DNA from: Xanthobacteraceae bacterium
Lineage (GTDB): Bacteria; Pseudomonadota; Alphaproteobacteria; Rhizobiales; Xanthobacteraceae
DNA: 58,151 nt
Direction of reading: 5' to 3'
NCBI GenBank assembly: GCA_036272395.1
Contig: DATAYT010000216.1
Coordinates: forward strand, 1 to 58,151
Shown one piece after another: positions 1 to 9,238 of this stretch. The position numbers and the translations under genes are program-made. Under the pieces are notes generated by a model. That model searched no databases and had not been told where the DNA came from. It saw only the letters and a list, made by a program, of their open reading frames with translations. Position 1 is the first letter of the stretch. Every line of letters starts with the position of its first letter.

Positions 1-240
1 ATGCCAGCCACCGCCGTGCCAACCACCAAAGCCGCCGCCAACCACGATGTCGGGGCCGCCGTAGTAGTCGTAGTAGCCGCACGGATAACCGTTATAGCCG
101 CAGTCATAATATGCGGGCGCGCCGACTCCGACGCCTACGCCAAACGGCCCCGCGTAGAATCCCACCTGCGCCATTGCAGGCGCAGCCGCGGCCACCGTCA
201 GCAGGGCCGCCATACCAATTCCAAGCGCAAACCTTCTCAT
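1..240 (-). CDS. Secreted Gly/Tyr-rich small protein, N-terminal part (runs off the left edge)
   Basis: Own translation of the minus strand from ATG 240: MRRFALGIGMAALLTVAAAAPAMAQVGFYAGPFGVGVGVGAPAYYDCGYNGYPCGYYDYYGGPDIVVGGGFGGWHGGGWH. GGAGGAG Shine-Dalgarno lies just upstream (244-250). Clear signal peptide ending AMA-Q. No stop inside the window. Confidence 0.5.
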   Translation of the reverse strand, partial: MRRFALGIGMAALLTVAAAAPAMAQVGFYAGPFGVGVGVGAPAYYDCGYNGYPCGYYDYYGGPDIVVGGGFGGWHGGGWH

Positions 241-381
241 TAAACTCCTCCTGTCGCTATTGCACTCAGAAAGAGAAACCCGGAGCGGCGCGACCACGTT
301 CCCCGGAACGTGCCTTCGGCGCGGGAACTTGCATGAACAATATTTTAGAAAAAAATCTGGAACCGGCCGGACAAAGGCTCT

Positions 382-3300
382 TCACTCGGCTGCGAGCGGT
401 AGCGCTTCCTCGCGTTGCGGCCCCTCTTTGTGGCCGCGTAGCCAATCCTGGAACCGATCGAGATAAAGATAAATCACCGGCGTGGTGTACAGCGTTAATA
501 CTTGGCTGAGCGCGAGGCCGCCGACCATCGAATAACCGAGCGGCTGCCGAAGTTCGGACCCGGAGCCATGGCTGAACATCAGCGCCACGCCGCTCAACAA
601 TGCGGTCATCGTCGTCATCACAATCGGCCGGAAGCGCAACAGACAGGCCTGCCGGATCGCCTCGCGCGGTTCCAGTCCGGCGCGCTCGCGATTGATCGCA
701 AAATCGACGAGCATGATGCCGTTTTTCTTGACGATGCCGATGAGCAGGATGATGCCGATGATTCCAATCACCGACAGGTCGAAGCCACCGGCCCACAATG
801 CCAGCAGCGCGCCGACACCGGCTGAAGGCAACGTCGAGAGAATCGTCAACGGGTGGATGTAGCTCTCATAGAGCACGCCGAGAATGACGTAGACGACGAC
901 GAGCGCGGCCGCGATCAGGACAGGTTCGTTGGACAGCGCCGCTTGAAACGCCTGCGCGTTACCCTGGAAGCTGCCGATCAGCGATTGCGGCATGCCGATC
1001 TCGGCTGACGCTCGATTGATGGCGTCGACGGCTTGGCCGAGCGCCACGCCCGGCGGCAGATTGAAGGTTAGCGTCACCGCCGGGAATTGGCCGGAATGCG
1101 CCACCAGCAACGGACCGATGTGAGCGGTATCGACCCGCACCACCGTCGAGAGCGGGACGAGTTGTCCGTTGGTCGGCGCCTTGATGTAAAGGTCATCCAG
1201 CGTTCGCAGCTTGCCCTGCAACTCAGGCAGTACCTCAAGCACAAGGTAATAGGAATTGTTGGTGAAATATTGCGTGACCTGATCCTGGCCGAAGGCGGCA
1301 TTGAGCGTGGCATCAATCTGCGCCGGTTGAATGTTGAACCGCGCGGCGGCGTCGCGATTGATCGTAACCGTAAGCAGTGGCGCGGCGTTCTGCGCATCGG
1401 TGGCGACGTCGGCTAATTCCGGCAGCGTCTTTAGTTTTGCGGTCAGCCGCGGCGCCCAGGTGTCGAGCTCGCGCAGGTCGGGATCCTGCAGCACGTACTG
1501 GAATTGGCCGCGTGCGATGCGCCCGCCTACCGTGATGTCCTGCGCCGGCTGCAAGAACAGCCGCACCCCCGGAACCTGCGCCAGTTTCGGGCGCAACCGG
1601 TCGATGATCTGCGAAGCCGAAACGTTGCGGTCATCGCGCAGCTTCAATCCAATAATGAACCGGCCGGTATTCTGGGTATTGCCGTAGCTTGGTCCGAAGA
1701 ACGAGCCGAAATCGGCGACGTCCGGGTCCTGCGCGATCACATCGGAAAGCTCGCGCTGGATCTGCCGCATCTTGTCCGGCGAAACGTCTTGTCCCGCCTC
1801 GGAAATGCCGAGGATCATGCCGATGTCTTGAACCGGAAAGAAGCCTTTCGGCATCATGACGAACAGCACGCCGGTAACGGCAACCGTCGCCAGGAAAACC
1901 ATCAGGGTGGTGAACTGATGGCGCAACACCAGATCAAGGCTGCGACGATAGCCGTCGAGAATGAAATCGAACCCACGCTCAATGATCCGATAAAGCCGGC
2001 CATGCTCTCGGTCGTGTTCGCTGACCAGAAACCGCGAGCACAACATCGGCGTCAAAGTCAGCGAAACCACGATAGAAACGACGATTGAAGCCGTAACGGT
2101 GATGGCGAATTCGTGGAATAGCCGTCCGACAATGCCGCTCATGAGCAACAGCGGGATGAACACCGCGATCAGCGACACACTGATCGACAGAACCGTAAAT
2201 CCGATTTCGCGAGCGCCCTTGATCGCCGATTGTAATGGCGTCGTGCCGGCCTCCAGATGCCGGAAGATGTTTTCGACCACGACGATGGCATCGTCGACCA
2301 CGAAACCGACTGCGATGGTCAATGCCATCAGCGACAGGTTGTCGAGACTGAAGCCGGCGAGATAGATGATGCCAACGGCGCCAAGCAGCGACAACGGCAC
2401 CGCGGCGCCGGGGATCAGCGTCGCGTGGATGCTGCGAAGGAACAAGAGAATAACCAGCACGACCAGCACGCAGGTCAACGCGAGCGTGAATTCGACGTCC
2501 TTGACCGAGGCGCGGATGGTCTGCGTGCGATCGACGATCGTGGTCAGGTGAATGCCGGGTGGGATCAAAGCATGCATCCCCGCCAGGGCTTTTTTGATGT
2601 TGTCAACCGTATCGATCACGTTGGCGCCGGGCTGCTTGAACACCAGCAGGGTCACCGCGGTCTGCTGGCGATGCAGCGCGCCGAGCGTTACGTCCTGAGG
2701 TCCTGCAATCGCCTGCCCGACGTCTTCGACGCGAACTGGGGCGCCGTTGCGATAGTCGATGATGACCTTGTTGAAGGCTTCCGGCTCGGTGAGCTGGTCG
2801 TTGGCGACAATCGTGAAGCTTTGTTGGGGGCCGAGGATCGTGCCTTTGGCGGCATCGGTTGTGGCGTTGGCGAGTGCCGCGCGCACGTCGGCGAGCGTCA
2901 ACTGACGGGCGGTCAGTTTGGCCGGGTCGACCTGCACGCGAATGGCAGGACGTTGCTGGCCGCCGATGATCACCTGCGCAACGCCGGCAATCTGCGAAAT
3001 CTGCTGCGCGACAACGTTCTCGGCGAAATCGTCAACCTTGGTGAGCGGGAGGGTCTCCGAATTCGCGGACACGATCAGGATCGGCGAGTCGGCCGGATTG
3101 ACTTTGCGGTAGGTCGGCGGCGTGGAGAGATTTTTGGGCAGCTGTGCACCGGCCGCTGTGATCGCCGCCTGCACGTCCTGCGCGGCGCCGTCGATATTGC
3201 GATTGAGATCGAATTGCAGCGTCACCACGGTCGAGCCCAGCGAGCTCACCGAGGTCATCTGCGACACGCCGGCAATCTGGCCGAACTGCCGCTCCAGCGG

Positions 3301-3495
3301 CGTTGCGACGGTCGCCGCCATGGTCTCCGGGCTGGCGCCCGGAACGGTGGCGAGCACCTGAATGGTCGGAAAATCGACCTGCGGCAGCGGCGCGACCGGC
3401 AACAGTGGAAACGCGACAATGCCAACCAGCGCCAGGGCGGCCATCAACAATGACGTGGCGATCGGCCGCCTGATAAAAACTTCCGAAAAATTCAT
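382..3495 (-). CDS. RND multidrug efflux permease (AcrB/MdtB/MdtC family)
   Basis: 1037-aa ORF. N-terminus MNFSEVFIRRPIATSLLMAAL and 12-TM RND architecture. ATGA overlap with the upstream adaptor gene. Confidence 0.95.
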   Translation of the reverse strand: MNFSEVFIRRPIATSLLMAALALVGIVAFPLLPVAPLPQVDFPTIQVLATVPGASPETMAATVATPLERQFGQIAGVSQMTSVSSLGSTVVTLQFDLNRNIDGAAQDVQAAITAAGAQLPKNLSTPPTYRKVNPADSPILIVSANSETLPLTKVDDFAENVVAQQISQIAGVAQVIIGGQQRPAIRVQVDPAKLTARQLTLADVRAALANATTDAAKGTILGPQQSFTIVANDQLTEPEAFNKVIIDYRNGAPVRVEDVGQAIAGPQDVTLGALHRQQTAVTLLVFKQPGANVIDTVDNIKKALAGMHALIPPGIHLTTIVDRTQTIRASVKDVEFTLALTCVLVVLVILLFLRSIHATLIPGAAVPLSLLGAVGIIYLAGFSLDNLSLMALTIAVGFVVDDAIVVVENIFRHLEAGTTPLQSAIKGAREIGFTVLSISVSLIAVFIPLLLMSGIVGRLFHEFAITVTASIVVSIVVSLTLTPMLCSRFLVSEHDREHGRLYRIIERGFDFILDGYRRSLDLVLRHQFTTLMVFLATVAVTGVLFVMMPKGFFPVQDIGMILGISEAGQDVSPDKMRQIQRELSDVIAQDPDVADFGSFFGPSYGNTQNTGRFIIGLKLRDDRNVSASQIIDRLRPKLAQVPGVRLFLQPAQDITVGGRIARGQFQYVLQDPDLRELDTWAPRLTAKLKTLPELADVATDAQNAAPLLTVTINRDAAARFNIQPAQIDATLNAAFGQDQVTQYFTNNSYYLVLEVLPELQGKLRTLDDLYIKAPTNGQLVPLSTVVRVDTAHIGPLLVAHSGQFPAVTLTFNLPPGVALGQAVDAINRASAEIGMPQSLIGSFQGNAQAFQAALSNEPVLIAAALVVVYVILGVLYESYIHPLTILSTLPSAGVGALLALWAGGFDLSVIGIIGIILLIGIVKKNGIMLVDFAINRERAGLEPREAIRQACLLRFRPIVMTTMTALLSGVALMFSHGSGSELRQPLGYSMVGGLALSQVLTLYTTPVIYLYLDRFQDWLRGHKEGPQREEALPLAAE

Positions 3496-4670
3496 CCGGA
3501 ATTATCCGGCTGCTGCGCCACGGGGGTTTTTGGCGACCGGATCGCGACATGGGTCCCGACATCGAGCCGCGATTGCCCGTCGAGAACGACGGTCTCGCCG
3601 GCATTAAGGCCTTTGGTGGCAATGACAACGTCTTCGTCTGCCTGGAATGCTTCGATCGGTCTCTGCTCGACTGTCTCGTCAGCCTTCACGACCCAAACGT
3701 AATAGCCCTCGGGACCGCGCTGCAGCGCGACTGCAGGTATTGTGACCACGTTCTTGCGCGTGGTGATGAGCAATTGCACGCGCACAAATTCGCCAGGCCA
3801 TAGCCGCTGATCGTCGTTGGGGAATTCTGCTTTTAGCTGAATCGTGCTGGTTGTCTGATCGATCTGATTGTTGATCAGCAGCAGTTTGCCGTCGGCGAGC
3901 TGGTTTTTGCCGTCCTGATCGAACGCCAACACCCTGACTTCACCGCGCAACATGGCTTCGCGGACTAGTCCGAGATAGCTCTGCGGCAGCGTGCAAATCA
4001 CTGTGGTCGGCTTGATCTGCGTGAGCACGGTGAGCGGATTGACGTCAGTCGTGTGAATGATGTTGCCGACATCGATCTGCCGGAAACCGACCACGCCGTC
4101 GATCGGCGCGGTTATCGTCGCATAGTCGAGTTGCGTTTGCGCCGCCTCGATAGCGGCCTGATCGGCATCGATGGTCGCTTTGGTCGTATCGACCTTGGCC
4201 TGCTGCAAATCGACGTTCTGCTGGGTCTCGAAACTCTTGAGCGCCAAGGCCTTAAATCGCGCCAAGTCCTTCTGCGCCGCGATCATCTGCGCTTCGTCCT
4301 GACCCTTTTTTGCTATCGCCTGGTCGAGGGCGGCTTTGAGCGGCGCCGGATCGATCTTGGCGAGAACGTCGCCTTGATGCACCTCCTGGCCCTGGCGGAA
4401 ATTGATCGAGACGATTTGGCCGTTGACCTGAGCGCGGATGGCAACGGTGTTGAGCGCCTGGACCGTTCCCAGTGCGTGAGAATAAATCGGCACGTCATGG
4501 ACGGCCGCTTCAGTGACGGTCACCGGGACCGAAGGGCGCGCCGGCGTTTGCGCCGCCTGTGAAGTCGTGTGCCGCCAGAAAATTATCGCGGCAGCCAAGG
4601 AGGCGAACGCGATCCCGGCAACAATGAAAAAAATCTGTCGGGAATCTCGCCCGGTTATTCGCATTCCCAT
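3492..4670 (-). CDS. RND efflux periplasmic adaptor (membrane fusion protein, MdtA/AcrA-like)
   Basis: 392-aa ORF with N-terminal TM anchor, coiled-coil hairpin and beta-barrel segments typical of HlyD_D23 adaptors. Translationally coupled to the RND pump. Confidence 0.9.
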   Translation of the reverse strand: MGMRITGRDSRQIFFIVAGIAFASLAAAIIFWRHTTSQAAQTPARPSVPVTVTEAAVHDVPIYSHALGTVQALNTVAIRAQVNGQIVSINFRQGQEVHQGDVLAKIDPAPLKAALDQAIAKKGQDEAQMIAAQKDLARFKALALKSFETQQNVDLQQAKVDTTKATIDADQAAIEAAQTQLDYATITAPIDGVVGFRQIDVGNIIHTTDVNPLTVLTQIKPTTVICTLPQSYLGLVREAMLRGEVRVLAFDQDGKNQLADGKLLLINNQIDQTTSTIQLKAEFPNDDQRLWPGEFVRVQLLITTRKNVVTIPAVALQRGPEGYYVWVVKADETVEQRPIEAFQADEDVVIATKGLNAGETVVLDGQSRLDVGTHVAIRSPKTPVAQQPDNSG

Positions 4671-4945
4671 GAGCGTAGCTATAGCTGGCTTTCCTTAGCG
4701 CTCAAATGCCGAAATTACGCCAAATCCGGGCTTCTCCCGGCTGGCGCGTGTGCCGTGCGCCTAATATAGCGACTCGGGAACAGCCGGCGCATTAAACTTA
4801 ATTAAGATAGCGCCGCCTGCTCATTAACATTGTCGATTCAACGCCGCAGGCGAGGCCTAGTTCTCAAGCCATTCTTGAGTCCGGTTCGTCCCGGCAATGG
4901 TTTGTCGCCTTGCCGACCCGCCCCGGTCCGTGCCGACGGGTCCCC

Positions 4946-5269
4946 TTACAGCCGCCTGATGAGCCCGGCGATGGCCGCTATGAGGGCCAACACCAGCAAC
5001 ACCGGAAACCAGATCAGCGCAGCCCCGATCAGCAACAGCAGGAACACGCCGCCAAACAGCGCCAGTACGAGCAACAGTAGCGCAAAGCCAAGCGGCCCGA
5101 TGCGGCTGACATAAATGCGGTGCGTGCCGCGACGAAATCCGTCGTTTGGCGGCCAGCGCGAATCCCGGTTGGGCCAATCATTGCCCGGCGGAATGATTTC
5201 AGGCTCTCGGCGCGGCCGCTCGGGCTGGTCTCGATTGCTTGGCATGTCGGGTGGCGGCGCGACGATCAA
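4946..5269 (-). CDS. Hypothetical membrane protein (Arg/Pro-rich N-terminus, two C-terminal TM helices)
   Basis: TTG start at 5269 overlaps the upstream stop (TTGA); an alternative ATG is at 5245. Hydrophobic tail GPLGFALLLLVLALFGGVFLLLLIGAALIWFPVLLVLALIAAIAGLI. No family recognised. Confidence 0.45.
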   Translation of the reverse strand: MIVAPPPDMPSNRDQPERPRREPEIIPPGNDWPNRDSRWPPNDGFRRGTHRIYVSRIGPLGFALLLLVLALFGGVFLLLLIGAALIWFPVLLVLALIAAIAGLIRRL

Positions 5270-5517
5270 GTTAGCGGCGGCGAGGACTGGACGGTTCTCT
5301 CGTGATGGTCGTGGAGAAACTTCGCCAATTGCTCGCGCAAGCTCTCGTCTTGCTCGCCTTGGTGACCGAGCAGCACGGCGCGCTCAAACAATTGCTGCTG
5401 CAGATCATGCGGCAATTCGCTCCACAAATCCGCCGCGGCGGCACCGAGCACGAGCAAGTAGCGTCCGGCAATGTCGTTGACGACTTGATCGGAATGTTTG
5501 CTCATTGGCGAACTCAT
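5266..5517 (-). CDS. Hypothetical small acidic helical protein
   Basis: Third codon positions on the minus frame are strongly G/C-rich by hand inspection. The start is uncertain (ATG 5517 or 5505) and no clear SD is present. The stop overlaps the next gene's start. Confidence 0.45.
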   Translation of the reverse strand: MSSPMSKHSDQVVNDIAGRYLLVLGAAAADLWSELPHDLQQQLFERAVLLGHQGEQDESLREQLAKFLHDHHERTVQSSPPLT

Positions 5518-5663
5518 AACTGTAAGGAACTCATAAACTGTAAGATGGGCGCACTTGCTCAATCGCCGTTGCCTTACGCGGCATATCAAAAGCCGCGGGC
5601 GCCATCGGCCATACTGGGCCCGTTATCAACCTAAAACAATAGCTGGCGGCTTTGTTCCGATCG

Positions 5664-6929
5664 TCATCGTCCATCGCCGGCCGCGGCAGGGGCCCTATTG
5701 ACCTGTTCTTTGGCAAAGCCTGCGGTCGTAGCATAGCCGCGTACGATAGCTTTCCGCTCCTCATAAGAAAGCACCGCGTCGATATCGGTAAATCCTTCAG
5801 GTGCGCGTTCTTCGACCGCGTCGATGACGCCTTCCGGTCCGCCGCTTCGATTCATTTGCACGATTTGCGCCGTCGGCGGCAAGCGATCGCGCTCATAGGC
5901 CCACAGCGCCTGCATGGGGTGCTCGGCTGCAATCAAATGGTCGGCAAGAGCGCGGGCGTCAAGAATGGCCTGTGAGGCGCCGTTCGAACCGACCGGATAC
6001 ATCGGATGCGCGGCATCGCCGAGCAGCGTGACGCGTCCGAATGACCAGCGCGGCAGCGGATCGCGGTCGCACATCGGGTATTCCCAAAATTCCGGCGTTG
6101 CCGCGATCAAGGCTTGCGCATCGACGTGCCGAATTTCGAATCTCCGTATGTGCGGCTCGAGCTCTTCAATGCGCCCGGGGCGCGACCAGTCCTCCTTGCG
6201 CGGCGGCGGCGTCGAGCCGTCGCCTATTTTAGCGACCACCGCCCAGTTGGTGAGTCGCAGATCCTCGCGCGCGCCTTCAGCGATCGGATAGACGACGAGC
6301 TTGGCCGCCATGCCGCCGGCCACGATCATGGAGCGGCCGGTCAAGAATCGCGGCCATTCGATCGCGCCTCGCCACAGCATGGCGCCGTTCCAGCGCGCCG
6401 GACCCTCACTGGGATAAAGCGCTTCGCGCGCCGCCGAATGAATACCGTCGGCACCGATCAAGACGTCGCCGGAAGCGGTGGCACGGTGAGCGCCAGTCCG
6501 GTCAAAGAAATAGGCGGTGACGCCGGATTCATCCTGACGGAAGGCGCCGAGGCGATGGCCGGTATGGATATGCTGCTCGCCGATCCGTTCGCGCACGGCG
6601 TCATGGATCACGCCCTGCAGCCGGCCGCGATGGATCGAAAACTGCGGCACGTCATAGCCGGCGTCGAGCCCGCGCGGTTCGCGCCAGATCTCCTGACCGA
6701 AGCGATTGGTATAGAACAGCTCGTAGGTGCGGATCGCGACCGCATCGAGCCGTTGCAAAAGGCCGAGTGTGCCAAGCTCCTTGATCGCATGCGGCAGCGT
6801 ATTGATGCCGACGCCAAGCTCGCGGATCTGGTCGGATTGCTCGAACACCTCGCATTGGATGCCGCGTGCGTGCAGCATCAGCGCGGCGGTGAGTCCGCCA
6901 ATGCCGCCGCCTGCGATAATGACTTTCAT
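5664..6929 (-). CDS. FAD-dependent aromatic-ring monooxygenase (salicylate/3-hydroxybenzoate hydroxylase-like)
   Basis: N-terminal GxGxxG motif MKVIIAGGGIGGLTAAL, and a C-terminal GDAAHPMYPVGSNGASQAILDA FAD-binding fingerprint. Confidence 0.9.
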   Translation of the reverse strand: MKVIIAGGGIGGLTAALMLHARGIQCEVFEQSDQIRELGVGINTLPHAIKELGTLGLLQRLDAVAIRTYELFYTNRFGQEIWREPRGLDAGYDVPQFSIHRGRLQGVIHDAVRERIGEQHIHTGHRLGAFRQDESGVTAYFFDRTGAHRATASGDVLIGADGIHSAAREALYPSEGPARWNGAMLWRGAIEWPRFLTGRSMIVAGGMAAKLVVYPIAEGAREDLRLTNWAVVAKIGDGSTPPPRKEDWSRPGRIEELEPHIRRFEIRHVDAQALIAATPEFWEYPMCDRDPLPRWSFGRVTLLGDAAHPMYPVGSNGASQAILDARALADHLIAAEHPMQALWAYERDRLPPTAQIVQMNRSGGPEGVIDAVEERAPEGFTDIDAVLSYEERKAIVRGYATTAGFAKEQVNRAPAAAGDGR

Positions 6930-7024
6930 GGTAGTCAGAGATCGGATGTCAGATTTCGGATGTTGAAAAACTATATCAGATTACCCTGACTCTGACTTCT
7001 CATCTCCAACATCTGAGAACCGAT

Positions 7025-8026
7025 TTATTCCGGCTGGATGCCGGCCCTGCGGATTACGTCACCCCAGCGCTGCGTCTCTTCTTTGACGAAGGCGCTCGCC
7101 TCGGCGGGCGTGCCGCCACCAGGGCCGATGCTCAGCGCGGCAAAGCGCTCGCGTAGGCCAGGATCGAGCATCGCCGCATTGGCGGCAGCATTGAGCTTGG
7201 CGATGATCGCGGGCGGCGTTTTCGGCGGCGCGGTGATGGCGTGCCAGGTATCGGAGATGCAGCCGTGGACGCCGACCTCTTCCAATGTCGGAATATCCGG
7301 CAGCGCAGGCACGCGGTCCTTCACGGTGACGGCGAGAATGCGCGCCTGTCCGGATTTGTTCAGTTCGATCGAGGTGGCAAGTTCATTGAACATCAGGTCG
7401 ACATTGCCGGCGAGCAGATCGTTGACCGCCGGAGCGGTGCCTTTGTACGGCACGTGCGTCAGCTTGGTGCCGGTGATCGACTGAAACAATTCGGCAGTGG
7501 TGTGCGAGGTGGTGCCGATACCTTGCGAAGCATAGTTGATCTTGCCGGGATTGGCTTTGGCGTAGGCGATCAGTTCGGCCACGCTCTTGGCCGGGAAATC
7601 CTTGCGGACGAGAACGACGTTCGGCACGTGCGACATGATCACAACCGGAACGAGTTCCGCGGGCTCATAATTGAGCGACTTATAGAGGAACGCGGCGGTT
7701 GTGATCGGCGCCGGCTGCGACGCGAGCAGGGCGTAGCCGTCCGGCTCGGCCTTGAACACCGTTTCCGCGGCGAGGCTGCCGCTCACACCCGGTTTGTTTT
7801 CGACGATGAGCGGCTGACCGAGCGTCGTGCGCATCTTGTCGGTGACAATGCGGGTGATGGTATCGACGCCACCGCCCGCGGGCACCGACACGATCACCCG
7901 GATCGGACGATCGGGAAATTCGGCCGCGCGCGCCGCGGCAGCCAGCGGCAGCGCCGCTGCGAGCGAAACGACGATAGCCAAACGCCGCAACATTGAAGGT
8001 CCCCGAAATTGCATCGGTGATGCCAT
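7025..8026 (-). CDS. Tripartite tricarboxylate transporter substrate-binding protein (Bug/TctC family)
   Basis: Signal peptide followed by the Bug-family hallmark FPDRPIRVIVSVPAGGGVDTITR...VENKPG. The start may be the internal ATG at 7993. Confidence 0.9.
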   Translation of the reverse strand: MASPMQFRGPSMLRRLAIVVSLAAALPLAAAARAAEFPDRPIRVIVSVPAGGGVDTITRIVTDKMRTTLGQPLIVENKPGVSGSLAAETVFKAEPDGYALLASQPAPITTAAFLYKSLNYEPAELVPVVIMSHVPNVVLVRKDFPAKSVAELIAYAKANPGKINYASQGIGTTSHTTAELFQSITGTKLTHVPYKGTAPAVNDLLAGNVDLMFNELATSIELNKSGQARILAVTVKDRVPALPDIPTLEEVGVHGCISDTWHAITAPPKTPPAIIAKLNAAANAAMLDPGLRERFAALSIGPGGGTPAEASAFVKEETQRWGDVIRRAGIQPE

Positions 8027-8092
8027 AGCCCAGATCAGGCGTTGAGTCCCGCGGCGTGCTGCCGCTACAAGTATCGGCGGGGAGGATACCGC

Positions 8093-8812
8093 ATGAGCAA
8101 GCTTGATTTCGTTCTCGAGGAGTTGGTTACCGCCAATCGCATTCTGGCCAATGAAGGCATCGTCGATTCATTCGGCCATGTCAGCGCACGCCACCCGGAA
8201 AATCCCAAGCATTACCTGTTGTCTCGCGCGCGCGCGCCCGAGCGCATCGAGCGCGCCGACATCGTCGAATATACGCTCGAGGGCGAAGCGATCGATAAAA
8301 AAGCGGCGGCGCCCTACGTGGAACGCTTCATCCACGGCGCGATCTATGAGGCGCGGCCGGAGGTGCATGCCATCGTGCATAACCATTCGCCGAGCGTCAT
8401 TCCGTTCGGCGTCACGACAAAAAAGCTCAAGCCGTTCCTGCACATGTGCGCCCATATCGGCCACGAAGTGCCGACTTGGGATTCCCGCGACAAATTCGGC
8501 GATACCACCTTGCTGGTGAGCGACATGGCGATGGGCCGCGATCTGGCGCGGCTTCTTGGCGCGCATCCGACCACGCTGATGCGCGGCCACGGCGCCACCG
8601 TGGTCGGCCGTTCGGTCCGCCATGCCGTGTTCGTTTCGGTCTATCTGGAAGTCGGCGCCAAGCTGCAGATGCAGGCTATGGCGCTTGGCGAGATCAAATT
8701 CTTAAGCGCCGGCGAAATCGACCAGATCGTCGGACGGCTCAACGACTACACACTCAACCGCGCCTGGGAAAACTGGGCGCGCCGCGCCGGACGGGAAATG
8801 CAGGACACGTAG
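8093..8812 (+). CDS. Class II aldolase/adducin family protein
   Basis: GGAGGA SD lies before ATG 8093. Aldolase_II motifs are present: GHVSARH, HNHSP, RGHGATVVG. Confidence 0.9.
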   Translation: MSKLDFVLEELVTANRILANEGIVDSFGHVSARHPENPKHYLLSRARAPERIERADIVEYTLEGEAIDKKAAAPYVERFIHGAIYEARPEVHAIVHNHSPSVIPFGVTTKKLKPFLHMCAHIGHEVPTWDSRDKFGDTTLLVSDMAMGRDLARLLGAHPTTLMRGHGATVVGRSVRHAVFVSVYLEVGAKLQMQAMALGEIKFLSAGEIDQIVGRLNDYTLNRAWENWARRAGREMQDT

Positions 8813-8876
8813 ATCGCCCGAGCCGGTGCGGGCCGATCGCTCGCGCTTCGCCTCAAATACGGCTCAACAGCGACCG

Positions 8877-9086
8877 TCAAAACATGACGCAGCGATAAAG
8901 AAGACCAAACGTGTAAAAGGAGATCGAGTAGTCCTCGTTCATGATACTACCGTTTACGCTGTAGCTCGGGGCCTGACTTGCGGGCGGATTTAATGGAGGC
9001 GATGTACTTCCACGAGTGAAGCCGCCGCCAACATATTCGATTTCTTGACCGGTCAGAGGACATGGCGCTGCCTCAATCTTCACCAT
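8877..9086 (-). CDS. Double-glycine-leader peptide P1 (microcin/bacteriocin- or RiPP-precursor-like)
   Basis: MVKIEAAPCPLTGQEIEYVGG|GFTRGSTSPPLNPPASQAPSYSVNGSIMNEDYSISFYTFGLLYRCVMF. GAGGGGGA SD lies 7 nt before the third ATG. It is paralogous to P2, with synonymous codon differences in the conserved block. Confidence 0.6.
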   Translation of the reverse strand: MVKIEAAPCPLTGQEIEYVGGGFTRGSTSPPLNPPASQAPSYSVNGSIMNEDYSISFYTFGLLYRCVMF

Positions 9087-9184
9087 CATCATTTCCCCCT
9101 CGCGATTTTGCTGATCGCACCGTGAGTGACGAAAAGCTAATGCGCACGCACGCCATGTTAGTGACGGTTGAATGCCTTCAATAA

Positions 9185-9198
9185 TGAGAATTTTTTCA
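9185..9198. promoter_or_regulatory. Imperfect palindrome TGAGAATTTTTTCA upstream of P1 (counterpart of the 9518-9530 site)
   Basis: Same relative position as the perfect palindrome upstream of P2. It lies inside the conserved duplicated upstream block. Confidence 0.3.
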
Positions 9199-9208
9199 AT
9201 CAGAGACG

Positions 9209-9238
9209 CCGATTATCACTCCGCCGCCAGTCGCACTT
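9209..9238 (-). repeat. Duplicated copy of the pckA 3-prime end (pseudo-tail encoding EVRLAAE-stop)
   Basis: 25 of 30 nt are identical to 9541-9570. On the minus strand it reads GAA GTG CGA CTG GCG GCG GAG TGA, against GAG GTG CGG CTG GCA GCG GAG TAA in the real pckA. Confidence 0.85.

Noticed and set aside
1-243. 80-aa plus-strand ORF at the left edge
   Set aside because: The minus strand carries a signal-peptide protein with a GGAGGAG SD. The plus-strand product is low-complexity Ala/Val/Arg.
2257-3453. 398-aa plus-strand ORF, and several shorter ones, antisense to the RND pump gene
   Set aside because: These are Arg/Gly/Asp/His-rich shadow ORFs of the kind produced by high G+C. They are fully contained in a confidently identified gene on the other strand.
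382-4670. RND efflux pair as the dedicated exporter of the double-glycine peptides
   Set aside because: Known GG-leader peptides are exported by C39-peptidase ABC transporters, not RND pumps. The pump lies 4 kb away, separated by unrelated catabolic genes.
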